Assembly (NCBI GenBank): GCA_002269645.1
Contig: NIVC01001907.1
Coordinates: 62,001 to 126,000 of the forward strand
Direction of reading: 5' to 3'
DNA length: 64,000 nucleotides
Origin: Macrostomum lignano
Taxonomy: Eukaryota
Shown here piece after piece: positions 24,497 to 36,299 of the stretch. A program made the position numbers and the translations under genes. The notes below the pieces were generated by a model. The model saw nothing but the letters and a program-made list of their open reading frames with translations, was not told where the DNA came from and did not search any database. Positions within the stretch are counted from its first letter, which is position 1. Every line of letters begins with the position of its first letter.

Positions 24497-25131
24497 AAAT
24501 TAAGGTAGTAATGATAAATCTGTACTCTGTCGTGTTCTCACTCCTCACTCAAATGCCTATAGGTCTCAGTGTAGGAGTAAAGAAGAGAAGAATAGGATAG
24601 GCTATATTGAGCTTCTTCATTCGGTCATGCACCCAGAAACCGCTCGTCACTGCTGCTGCAACCGTGCGGTTGTTCGACCGGGAGAGGGAGAGGAGGGCTC
24701 CTGGGGGGTGGTGAAAGAGAGGGTAGCGTCCAGTGTAGTCATGTGACCATGAAGCTAGCATGAAAGCAGTGACCAACATTTCCTAGGGCAGACCAGAACC
24801 TATGGGCAGCTGTTTAACTGTGGAATGGTGCAACAATTGTTAGGCGAACAGACGACATTCTTTAGTTTATTTTCTGAATAGGTAAAATCTCAAGCAAAGA
24901 AAACCAATATATATGGACATAAATAATTGAGACTATCACATGTTATGAGGCACATTTAATACACTCAATACACAAAACAGTTGAACATAGCAAAAATATG
25001 ATTTCGAATTAATAGACAATAGCGACGAACATTAGATAATAAATTACAAACATGGAGCGTTTAAAAACTTTGCTAGTTGTACTGCAATTCGCGAGAACTG
25101 CTTTCGCAGCTGGGTGAAGCAGTTCCAACTC

Positions 25132-27633
25132 TCAGCGATGACGGATTTCCAGCAGCTTCAGAATCCACTCCCCGTGGCGGCCCACCTGCTCCAAGAACTC
25201 ATCGAGCGAGATGCTGCCATCACCGTTCTGCGGTGTGAGAGGGATTTTTTGAATGCCAGTTGGGAAGCGGCACTGCCTGACTGACTGTGGCACTGATTGT
25301 GGCACTGACTGTGGCACTGATTATGGCACTGGTTGTGGCACTGACTGTGACACTGATTGTGGCATTGATTGTAACACTGTCTGTGGCACTGACTGTGACA
25401 TTGATTGTGACACTGACTGTGGCATTGATTGTGGCACTGACTGTGGCACTGATTGTGGCACTGATTGTGGCACTGATTGTGGCACTGATTGTGGCACTGA
25501 TTGTGGCACTGATTGTGGCACTGATAGTGGCACTGACTGTGTTACTGATTGTGGCACTGACTGTGTTACTGATTGTGGCACTGATTGTGGCACTGATTGT
25601 GGCACTGATTGTGGCACAAATTGTGGCAGTCACTGCGAGTCTAGTCACTATAACAACACTGAATAATATTGTTTTCACTCACGGTGTCCATATTTCTAAA
25701 AGTATCGTGCACTAACTCTTCGCTTATAGGAGTTTCATCATCGAACATGAGCATGGACTTGGTGGAGCTGATGCGGAACACCAGGTCCATTAGCTCTCTC
25801 TCGTCAATCTCGCCATTCCCGTCTCGGTCAATCATATCGAATGCGACTGCAAATGTGGACAGGTGCCATGTAACTTTTACTTAAAAGATATTGACACCGA
25901 AGCAGACTTCTTTTGATGCATAAACTTTGTTCTCGAGCTCTACTAACTTTAAGTCTTTTGATCGGAAAATTGACCCTCAAATCCATTGACTCACTGATCC
26001 ATTAACCCACAGATCCCATTAACCCACAGATCCCATTAACCCACAGATCCCTTGACCCTCAGATCCATTGACTCACTGATCCATTAACCCACAGATCCCT
26101 TGACCCAAAAATCCCTTGACTCACAGATCACTTGACCCACCGATCTCTTGACCCACAGATCCTTTTACCCACAGATCCACTGACCCACAGATAACTTCAC
26201 CCACAGATCCCTTGACCCATAGATCCACTGACGAACAGATTCTTTAACCCAGCAATCCCTTGACCCACAGATCCCTTGAACCAGCAATCCCTTGACCCAC
26301 AGATTTCTTGATTCATAGATCTAATGACCCACTCAGCCCCCGACCCAGCACGCACACTTTAACTTGACTCTCGAGGACACTCTGCTGTTCACCAGCACGG
26401 CGAACATGAACTCGTTGAAGGAGATCACGCCGTTTTTGTCCCAATCGAACACGGCGAAAATCTTCTGCAAATTTGCCCTGGACTCGCCGCTCTCGGCGAA
26501 AGCCTTGCAGAAGCCGTCGAAGTCCATCTCGTTGCTGCGACGGCGCCGGCAGTAGCGCTGGAACACGCGAACCCAGGCGTCCAGTTCGTCTTCGTCCACT
26601 GCGATATTTGGGAAGGGTTGGTGAGGCATTGGCGGTCTGATTGGTAAGAACCCTCTCAAACGGACTGTTTAAAAACTGGCGCCCCTAACTCCCTAAAAAT
26701 GCCGCCTCTAACTCCTTAAAATGCGCCCCAAGCTCTCTAAAAGTGGCGCCCCTAACTCTCAAAATGAGGCTCCTAACTCTCTAAAAGTGGCGCACCTAAC
26801 TCTCTAAAAGTGGCGCCCCTAACTCTCAAAATGAGGCTCCTAACTCTCTAAAAGTGGCGCGTACCTAACTCTCAAAATGAGACTCCTAACTCTCTAAAAG
26901 TGGCGCCCCTAACTCTCAAAATGAGGCTCCTAACTCTCTAAAAGTGGCGCCCCTAACTCTCAAAATGAGGCTCCTAACTCTCTAAAAGTGGCGCCCCTAA
27001 CTCTCAAAATGAGGCTCCTAACTCTCTAAAAGTGGCGCGTACCTAACTCTCAAAATGAGGCTCCTAACTCTCTAAAAGTGGCGCGTACCTAACTCTCAAA
27101 ATGAGGCTCCTAACTCTCTAAAAGTGGCGCGTACCTAACTCTCAAAATGAGGCTCCTAACTCTCTAAAAGTGGCGTCCCTAACTCTCAAAATGAGGCTCC
27201 TAACTCTCTAAAAGTGGCGCGTACCTAACTCTCAAAATGAGGCTCCTAACTCTCTAAAAGTGGCGTCCCTAACTCTCAAAATGAGGCTCCTAACTCTCTA
27301 AAAGTGGCGCCCCTAACTCTCAAAATGATGCTCCTAACTCTCTAAAAGTGGCGCCCCTAACTCTCAAAATGAGGCTCCTAACTCTCTAAAAGTGGCGTCC
27401 CTAACTCTCAAAATGAGGCTCCTAACTCTCTAAAAGTGGCGTACCTAACTCTCTAAAAGTGGCGCCCCTAACTCTTAAAATGGCGCCCCTAACTCAAAAT
27501 GGCGCCCCTAACTCTCAAAATGGCGCCCCAAACTCCCTAGAAGTGGCACATCGATCGAAGCTCAACTCCCCAACTCACATCGATAATTCCGCTGAACCTC
27601 TTCGCACTCTTTCCGGCCCAATCCCTGACCCAT
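25132..27633 (-). CDS. Neuronal calcium sensor-like EF-hand protein, paralog B
   Basis: Exons 27633-27579 (MGQGLGRKECEEVQRNYR), 26598-26356, 25846-25683, 25227-25132; same intron positions and phases as paralog A. EF loops DWDKNGVISFNE, DRDGNGEIDERE, DTNGDGSISLDE. Confidence 0.9.
25275..25628. repeat. 12-bp minisatellite TGTGGCACTGAT (NCS-B intron 3)
   Basis: Direct inspection. Confidence 0.96.
25975..26330. repeat. ~16-bp degenerate minisatellite GATCCCTTGACCCACA
   Basis: Direct inspection. Confidence 0.9.
26678..27540. repeat. Dimeric ~44-bp minisatellite (CTAACTCTCAAAATGAGGCTC + CTAACTCTCTAAAAGTGGCGCCC)
   Basis: Alternating subunits visible; NCS-B intron 1. Confidence 0.95.
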
Positions 27634-28164
27634 TTTGTCGAGCTGTCAAACGGTTGCGTCGAAATGGTTTGTTTGTTTAATTGGTTTGTTTGAATCGTTG
27701 CGTAGCCAGTAGCAGCAGCTTGGTTACCATGGATTCACAGAATTTGGTAGTTGAAATCTGGTGGCTTTGAAAACTGTTTTATATAGCTTAATAACTTTTC
27801 CTGCGGCTACCGACTCAGCCTTGAGCCCGACCATAAATAAGCTCATTTAACTCGAGTTTCGAAGCTGTGTACAGCTGAGAGTAGGATGCACAGTTCTGGC
27901 CGGCAGTGCAGGGGCAGAAAAAAACGCCAGCACAAATTCAAGTGAAGCAAGAGATTTTTTCTTTACTTCTTCTTTTTACCTCCGCCGTACACTCTGTGCG
28001 CGAGAATTGTGGCCGAAAGTAAGAAATAAATCTTGCCCTGCTCACAGTGAAAATGGTATAGGCTGTGTGGAGTCCAAGGTCTTAAAAATAGTTGGTCAGG
28101 TAGAAAAGATTTCCACTTGTTTCAGCGCATCTGGGTAGCGCAACCGTAATTTTGTTTAGGTTGG

Positions 28165-29098
28165 CGCCCCTGGCGCTCTTTAATCTGGCGCCACTGGCGC
28201 TCTTTAGTCTGGCGCCACTGGCGCTCTTTAGTCTGACGCCCCTGGCGCTCTTTAGTCTGGCGCCACTGGTGCTCTTTAGTCTGACGCCCCTGGTGCTCTT
28301 TAGTCTGGCGCCACTGGCGCTCTTTAGTCTGACGCCCCTGGTGCTCTTTAGTCTGCATGGCGCCACTGGCGCTCTTTAGTCTGGCGCCCCTGGTGCTCTT
28401 TAGTCTGTATGGCGCCCCTGGCGCTCTTTAGTCTGACGCCCCTGGCGCTCTTTAGTCTGACGCCACTGGCGCTCTTTAGTCTGACGCCCCTGGCGCTCTT
28501 TAGTCTGGCGCCACTGGCGCTCTTTAGTCTGGCGCCACTGGTGCTCTTTAGTCTGGCGCCACTGGTGCTCTTTAGTCTGGCGCCACTGGCGCTTTTTAGT
28601 CTGTTTGGCGCCCCTGGCGCTCTTTAGTCTGGCGCCACTGGTGCTCTTTAGTCTGGCGCCACTGGCGCTCTTTAGTCTGGCGCCACTGGCGCTCTTTAGT
28701 CTGGCGCCACTGGTGCTCTTTAGTCTGGCGCCACTGGTGCTCTTTAGTCTGGCGCCACTGGTGCTCTTTAGTCTGGCGCCACTGGTGCTCTTTAGTCTGG
28801 CGCCTCTGGTGCTCTTTAGTCTGGCGCCACTGGTGCTCTTTAGCCTGGCGCCACTGGCGCTTTTTAGTCTGCATGGCGCCCCTGGCGCTCTTTAGTCTAG
28901 CGCCCCTGGCGCTTTTTAGTCTGGCGCCACTGGTGCTCTTTAGTTTCTATGGCGCCACTGGCGCTCTTTAGTCTGGCACCCCTGGCGCTTTTTAGTCTGG
29001 CGCCACTCGCGCTCTTTAGTCTGCATGGCGCCCCTGGCGCTCTTTAGTCTGGCGCCACTGGCGCTTTTTAGTCTGGCGCCACTGGCGCTCCTTATCTT
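28165..29098. repeat. 24-bp minisatellite CTGGCGCCACTGGCGCTCTTTAGT
   Basis: Direct inspection. Confidence 0.96.
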
Positions 29099-29569
29099 GG
29101 CACCACTAGCACCCTAACAAGGCACGCAAAGATCAGTCAGATTCAATCTTAGCAGAGCAAGCAGAAATGAAGAATTAGAAAAGGGAGTTCAAAACATGCT
29201 GAGAAAGGCCCTCTTTCAATTTTTCATAGATATTTTTTCTCCTTCGGCTGAAAGAATAGCGCGAAGGCTTGAGGGTCGCGGGGGGATCAGCGTCAATTAA
29301 AATCAGCATTTTCCATTTTGACCCTTCCCTAATCAGCAAGTCAAAGCCGCCCCATGCGAGCAAAAGCAATGTGCAGATTGTGTGCCAGATAGGCTTATTT
29401 GCAAAATTATAATTCGAATATGAATCCGTTTTTTACATGTGAGGCGTTAATGATTAATGACTTCTTGTAGTGGTTAATGTGTGCCTGTTCTGGACTTTGA
29501 CTGAACATTTAATTTTATAGCTGCAGAGTGACTGCAGTAACTATAGCTGTTTATTCCATAGATTTACAA

Positions 29570-29795
29570 GAACCTCCGTAGGTTCACAAGTTCATAAAGA
29601 CCTCAGTAGAATCACAAATTCACAAAGACCTTAGTAGATTCACAAATTCACAAAGACCTTAGTAGATTCACAAATTCACAAAGACCTCAGTAGAATCACA
29701 AATTCACAAAGACCTTAGTAGATTCACAAATTCACAAAGACCTTAGTAGATTCACAAATTTACAAAGACCTTAGTAGATTCACAAATTCACAAAG
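29570..29795. repeat. 28-bp minisatellite GATTCACAAATTCACAAAGACCTTAGTA
   Basis: Direct inspection. Confidence 0.93.
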
Positions 29796-30138
29796 ATACA
29801 AACAAATTCAGAGTATGCACGTAAATATACTACTTGCAGCATTCTGCACTCGATAGTGCATATTTCTTGCAGTTTTCATAGCTTCAGCCAATCCCGAGGC
29901 GCATTCTTGGGGAGAGGGGATTTCGTGCCAATAAGACGCAGTGGCCCGACTGAGATGAAGCGTACGTGCCATTCCATAGGAATATCCCCTTACGCTAATC
30001 TCAGCTGCTAGAAGAAGTGCAGACCAGCCACTGCACCGGCTGCATACGTCAAGGAATTTCTAGGAAAGGTCATCGGACAGGGCAACAGTCAGATTGACAG
30101 ACCGACAGCGGCAGCGCTGCCATCGAAACTCCCCGAGG

Positions 30139-31371
30139 ATGCTTGATCTGTCCAGGGGCTTCCTGTTGGCCAACAATGTCGCCTTGAGCTGCGTATTCGC
30201 CTTGGGCTTCATAGGAAACCTGCTAGTGCTGATTGTGGTGCTCACGCAGAAGGCCGCCCACACGGTCATCAATATCTACCTGGTTAACCTGGCCGTTGCT
30301 GACATCCTTCACCTGCTGTCTGTGCCGCCGCTGATCCACCTCACTCTGGTGGGCAGCTGGCCCTGGGGCTCCGGTGCCTGCACCATGTACTACATCCTGT
30401 ACTACACCAACTGGACAGTCAGCATCTTCATCATCGTTGCCATGGGATTCGATCGCTACAAGGCCGTCGTGTCGCCGTTCACCTCGCAGCGCTACCGTAG
30501 CCGCGGCTTCGCCATCAGCCTCCTGGTGGCCCTGTGGTTCCTCGGCGCCCTGGCGATGCTGCCCATCGGCCTCTGCGCCCACGTGCACCACATGGGCTCG
30601 GACGAGCTTAACGTGACCGACGTCAAATTCTGCGTGCACAGCAGCTTCGACGAGAACGGCACCCTGGCTGCCGCCTCGCCGCTGCGCCGGTTTTTCCTTG
30701 ACGCGGAGCACTCGAGTTGGTACATGTTCGCCGTGGGCTGCCTGCTGCCCACCGTCCTGTTGGCCGGATTTTACGGCCTCATTCTGCGCAAGCTGCATCG
30801 CCTGCGGCTGGCCAGGGCCGCCAGCGGAGGCGGCGGAGGCGGCGGAGCAGCGGCGAGGTTCGAGCGAGTGACGATGCTGGTGACGGCTGTGGTGGCCTTC
30901 TACCTGGGCTGCTCGCTGCCGCACTGGATCCACGTCATCTTCACCTTGTCCGTGGCCGAGCCGGCCGCCTGGATGGCGCACAGTTCGCACCTGACGACCC
31001 TGCTGAGCTACGTTGGCAGCGCTGGCAACCCGGTGCTCTACGCTTTCTTGAACGACTCGTTCCGCACCGGACTTGGCGGGCTGCTGGCTCAGGCCGGCTG
31101 CAGCGATGCCGACGCCGCCGCCGCTGGCGGATCCGCTGCTGGCGTCGGCGGTCGTCGGGGAAGGGAGGCCTTGACGATGCGGCCGGCACCGGCTCGAGAC
31201 GTGGCCGATGGAGCGGCGGCGGGGGCGGCCGGCAGACGAGAAGCCGAAGAGCTGCTGTCTGTCGCGGCCGCCACCGAGGCCCCGGTGGGCACCTCCACCT
31301 ACTGCGATGGGTACCTGAGCGACGGACTGGGATTCTGCTCCGGGCAGGTGCTGGAGACCGCCATTGACTGA
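30139..31371 (+). CDS. Class A (rhodopsin-like) GPCR, somatostatin/allatostatin-C/MCH-receptor-like peptide receptor, 7TM in one exon
   Basis: TM1 GNLLV, TM2 NLAVAD, ECL1 WPWG and TM3 Cys, DRY (FDRY), TM5 Pro, TM7 NPVLY followed by NDSFR. First ATG at 30139; the frame is open back to a possible acceptor (TAG at 30061-30063), so an upstream exon is possible. Confidence 0.9.
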   Translation: MLDLSRGFLLANNVALSCVFALGFIGNLLVLIVVLTQKAAHTVINIYLVNLAVADILHLLSVPPLIHLTLVGSWPWGSGACTMYYILYYTNWTVSIFIIVAMGFDRYKAVVSPFTSQRYRSRGFAISLLVALWFLGALAMLPIGLCAHVHHMGSDELNVTDVKFCVHSSFDENGTLAAASPLRRFFLDAEHSSWYMFAVGCLLPTVLLAGFYGLILRKLHRLRLARAASGGGGGGGAAARFERVTMLVTAVVAFYLGCSLPHWIHVIFTLSVAEPAAWMAHSSHLTTLLSYVGSAGNPVLYAFLNDSFRTGLGGLLAQAGCSDADAAAAGGSAAGVGGRRGREALTMRPAPARDVADGAAAGAAGRREAEELLSVAAATEAPVGTSTYCDGYLSDGLGFCSGQVLETAID

Positions 31372-31612
31372 CTAGCCCCGCTTATAAACTTACCAAATTT
31401 GAGTCGCTTACAAACGCATGAACTTAGCTGGGAAAGATTAGGGAATGGTTAATAATATCGCTATTATCGCTAAATATGCATGAAATCGCATGGTGGTTTA
31501 TCCGCAACCAGTGCAGTCTCCGTCCATCTGCATGTTCTCTGCATCTATGGTTTAAGGAAGGACTCTATAGATTGTTACCGCAGTAAAAACATCTGAAAAC
31601 TACCGAACTCGC

Positions 31613-31880
31613 CACCAGCGGCCCAGGCTCGATTCCAAATGCAGTCGCGTTCATTTTGGGCTAAATTGGAATCAACCACCTTCCAAGGCTCAAGTACGTG
31701 CCTAACGATAAATAAAGTTAGGGCCGCTTTACACTCCTGTGTGAGTGTGTGCCTGTGCGTATGACTGCGTACGTATCCGCGCGCTTGTGTGCCTGCTCAG
31801 GGCAGTCGGCGGAATGGGCAGCAATGCCTCTCACCGGTTGTGTGACAATGTCGCTTAAAGTGCGTCAGGGTGCACACAGC
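31613..31880 (+). mobile_element. Truncated SINE family 1 copy
   Basis: Homologous to 1563-1859 and 3554-3915 with an internal deletion and no A-tail. Confidence 0.75.
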
Positions 31881-31905
31881 CGCAATTGACCAAGTGAAGT
31901 CTATG

Positions 31906-32706
31906 GTCAAACACGGCAGAGACAGTCTATGGTCAAACACGGCAGAGACAGTCTATGGCCAAACACGGCAGAGACAGTCTATGGCCAAACACGGCAGAGA
32001 CAGTCTATGGCCAAACACGGCAGAGACAGTCTATGGCCAAACACGGCAGAGACAGTCTATGGCCAAACACGGCAGAGACAGTCTATGGCCAAACACGGCA
32101 GAGACAGTCTATGGCCAAACACGGCAGAGACAGTCTATGGCCAAACACGGCAGAGACAGTCTATGGCCAAACACGGCAGAGACAGTCTATGGCCAAACAC
32201 GGCAGAGACAGTCTATGGCCAAACACGGCAGAGACAGCCTATGGCCAAACACGGCAGAGACAGTCTATGGCCAAACACGGCAGAGACAGTCTATGGCCAA
32301 ACACGGCAGAGACAGTCTATGTCCAAACACGGCAGAGACAGTCTATGGCCAAACACGGCAGAGACAGTCTATGGCCAAACACGGCAGAGACAGCTATGGC
32401 CAAACACGGCAGAGACAGTCTATGGCCAAACACGGCAGAGACAGTCTATGGCCAAACACGGCAGAGAAAGTCTATGGCCAAACACGGCAGAGACAGTCTA
32501 TGGCCAAACACGGCAGAGACAGTCTATGGCCAAACACGGCAGAGACAGTCTATGGCCAAACACGGCAGAGACAGTCTATGGCCAAACACGGCAGAGACAG
32601 CCTATGGCCAAACACGGCAGAGACAGTCTATGGCCAAACACGGCAGAGACAGCCTATGGTCAAACACGGCAGAGACAGCCTATGGCCAAACACGGCAGAG
32701 ACAGTC
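31906..32706. repeat. 26-bp homogeneous minisatellite CTATGGCCAAACACGGCAGAGACAGT
   Basis: About 30 near-identical units. Confidence 0.98.
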
Positions 32707-33481
32707 TAGTCTATGGACAGTTGTTACTGTACCCAGGCCGTTCATTTTTTTTTTCGCCAACTATGCATAAATAAAGTCATATTGTTTTGCAGGCTCACTA
32801 GGACGTCAATCAGTACCCTCAATACTAAAACTGAATATACTTTCTATACCAGCTACTGGTATAAGGAAGCTGGACTCTAAAAGATGAAGAAAGAAATGGC
32901 AGTTCTAACTCTCGAGCTGCCAGCCGGAAAAGACTGAGAGCTGAGCCGATGGCTGAGGCTTCAGGAAGCAGGGCAGAAATTCCCATTCTGTAGGAATTTA
33001 CAACGGACGATGGATTTGGATTCGATGGATTACTGCACTGCTGCAGTGAAGGGGAGGGAGATGGATTATGAATGAGGCTGAGCTGCTGGTCTAAGTCCCG
33101 GGCAACCAGAGAACCCGGGTCCTTATGCTTATAAACATTACTGACATGCTTGCTGCATGCATTTCGCCGTCGATCTCATAGATATAATTTTCCACCCCGT
33201 CTTCCCTCCCATTTTCTCCTCCCTAATCTCCCTCATCCCTCCTCTCCCATTGTCTCCGCGCTCCGCACAAGGCAGATTGCCAGTGAAGCTGTTCAGGGTT
33301 CAACTGTCACGGTGGAACCTTTTTATTTAATAAACAATGGCTGATAGAGAAGCTCAGTGAGTCGTACGCTGAGTCAGTTTTTTGTGATTTGCTTCACAAA
33401 GCAGCTTGGCAAATTTTCTGGCGATTTTCCTGTATGATAATCATTGTTCACTAATCCCCTTCGGCTGCGTCTGCGGCTCGC

Positions 33482-34045
33482 TCACTCCGTTTTTAGGCAC
33501 TCTCAGTCTGTCACTCCGTTTTCAGGCACCCTCAGTCTGTCACTCCGTTTTCAGGCACTCTCAGTCTGTCACTCCGTTTTCAGGCACTCTCAGTCTGTCA
33601 CTCCGTTTTCAGGCACTCTCAGTCTGTCACTCCGTTTTCAGGCACTCTCAGTCTGTCACTCCGTTTTCAGGCACTCTCAGTCTGTCACTCCGTTTTCAGG
33701 CACTCTCAGTCTGTCACTCCGTTTTCAGGCACTCTCAGTCTGTCACTCCGTTTTCAGGCACTCTCAGTCTGTCACTCCGTTTTCAGGCACTCTCAGTCTG
33801 TCACTCCGTTTTCAGGCACTCTCAGTCTGTCACTCCGTTTTCAGGCACTCTCAGTCTGTCACTCCGTTTTTAGGCACTCTCAGTCTGTCACTCCGTTTTC
33901 AGGCACTCTCAGTCTGTCACTCCGTTTTTAGGCACTCTCAGTCTGTCACTCCGTTTTCAGGCACTCTCAGTCTGTCACTCCGTTTTCAGGCACTCTCAGT
34001 CTGTCACTCCGTTTTTAGGCACTCTCTGTCTGTCACTCCGCCTCT
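33482..34045. repeat. 29-bp minisatellite CACTCCGTTTTCAGGCACTCTCAGTCTGT
   Basis: Direct inspection. Confidence 0.98.
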
Positions 34046-34447
34046 GTCACTCCATTTTTTCACTCTACGTCTTTTCCTCCGCGTGTTTCACTCTGTCACA
34101 CCCTCTCACCTGTACATATGGATGAATTGGTCACTTCAATCTCTCATGCAGCCACTTTTTTTGCTCCACTTCAATCCGCGGCCTTGCCATCTCTGACCAT
34201 CTCAGATTTTGTGTTGCAATATCCTCTGCAAAGCCATTGGAAGCGAGCGGATGCAGATCTGCCGTTTGGAATTAATGCAAAGGTTTCAGGCCTTATAGCG
34301 CTGGATGTACGAGCGATTAACTAAACATATTTTATTAAGGGAAGCAAAATGTCAGACAAGCAAACCTTTTATTCGGTCGCGGTAGAGGCAAAATAGTTGC
34401 TATGGCTAAGCAGAATCTGACTGGAAACCCTCCGCTTTGCAAGGCTC

Positions 34448-35872
34448 ACCGAGAGACAGGGGGTCACCAAGAGACAGGGGTCACAAAGAGACGGGGCACA
34501 CCAAGAGACAGGGGGTCACCAAGAGACAGGGGGCCCACCAAGAGACAGGGGGCACACCAAGGGACAGGGGGCACACCAAGAGACAGGGGCTCACACCAAG
34601 AGACAGGGGGCCACCAAGAGACAGGGGGGCCACCAAGAGACAGGGGGGCCACCAAGAGACAGGGGGCCACCAAGAGACAGGGGGCACACCAAGAGACAGG
34701 GGGCACACCAAAAGACAGGGGGCACACCAAGAGACAAGGGCTCACACCAAGAGACAGGGGGGCCACCAAGAGACAGGAGGCACACCAAGAGACAGGGGGC
34801 CCACCAAGAGACAGGGGGCACACCAAGAGACAGGGGCTCACACCAAGAGACAGGGGGGGGGCCACCAAGAGACAGGGGGGGCCACCAAGAGACAGGGGGC
34901 CACCAAGAGACAGGGGGAACACCAAGAGACAGGGGGCCCACCAAGAGACAGGGGGCACACCAAGAGACAGGGGGCCCACCAAGAGACAAGGGGCCCACCA
35001 AGAGACAGGGGGCACACCAAGAGACAGGGGGCACACCAAGAGACAGGGGGCCCACCAAGAGACAGGGGGCACACCAAGAGACAGGGGGCACACCAAGAGA
35101 CAGGGGGCCCACCAAGAGACAGGGGGCACACCAAGGGACAGGGGGCACACCAAGAGACAGGGGCTCACACCAAGAGACAGGGGGGCCACCAAGAGACAGG
35201 GGGGGCCACCAAGAGACAGGGGGCCACCAAGAGACAGGGGGCCACCAAGAGACAGGGGGCACACCAAGAGACAGGGGGCACACCAAAAGACAGGGGGCAC
35301 ACCAAGAGACAAGGGCTCACACCAAGAGACAGGGGGGCCACCAAGAGACAGGAGGCACACCAAGAGACAGGGGGCCCACCAAGAGACAGGGGCACACCAA
35401 GAGACAGGGGCTCACACCAAGAGACAGGGGGGGCCACCAAGAGACAGGGGGGCCACCAAGAGACAGGGGCCACCAAGAGACAGGGGGAACACCAAGAGAC
35501 AGGGGGCCCACCAAGAGACAGGGGCACACCAAGAGACAGGGGCCCACCAAGAGACAAGGGGCTCACCAAGAGACAGGGGGCACACCAAGAGACAGGGGGC
35601 ACACCAAGAGACAGGGGGCCCACCAAGAGACAGGGGGCACACCAAGAGACAGGGGGCACACCAAGAGACAGGGGGCACACCAAGAGACAGGGGCCCACCA
35701 AGAGACAGGGGGCACACCAAGAGACAGGGGGCACACCAAGAGACAGGGGGCACACCAAGAGACAGGGGGCGCCCACCAAGAGACAGGGGGCGCCAACCAA
35801 GAGACAGGGGGCGCCCACCAAGAGACAGGGGGACCCACCAGGAGACAGAGGTGCCCACCAGGAGACAGGGGC
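34448..35872. repeat. 18-20-bp minisatellite CACCAAGAGACAGGGGGC
   Basis: Direct inspection. Confidence 0.97.
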
Positions 35873-36299
35873 GCCCTGACTATATTCGGAATTGGAAGAT
35901 GAGGATTAAGGTAGCTCCAGATGCTGGTTTAGGTCTCCTTGCATCCAGTCAGTCAGCTTTAGTTGCTGGGCCGCCTATTGATGGCTTTAACCGGAACTTC
36001 TAAAGGATATTGCTGCCACCGAGGGGCTATTCACTGAACCTGCGATGTATGAAGTAGAGGAAAAATGCATATTTTATACTCCTATGGCGTATACAGTCTG
36101 TTAGGTTTTATATTCAGTTAGTTCAGATAACAAGTGGTCACGTGACAACCGCCTGCCTTCTGTAGCACATGGGACAGAAGGCTTCACGGCCAAACCCGGT
36201 GCAAATTTCATGATTTAATCTGCTGGTTTCCATTGCGATGCACTAGCAGAATTTCAAATTTTCAATTTCGAATTTCAAACAAGTTCAATTCTTAACAAG

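Noticed and set aside
24250-24550. Short minus-strand ORFs (MKATNEARE..., CNLHCTCDS...) upstream of NCS-A
   Set aside because: No recognisable domain or consistent splice model; overlaps a (GA)n tract.
30223-31367. Overlapping 216-255-aa ORFs in other frames of the GPCR
   Set aside because: Expected shadows of GC-rich coding sequence.
31906-32706. Homogeneous 26-48-bp arrays (also 33482, 39345, 57810) resembling CRISPR repeats
   Set aside because: Units are contiguous with no unique spacers, there are no cas genes, and the context is eukaryotic.
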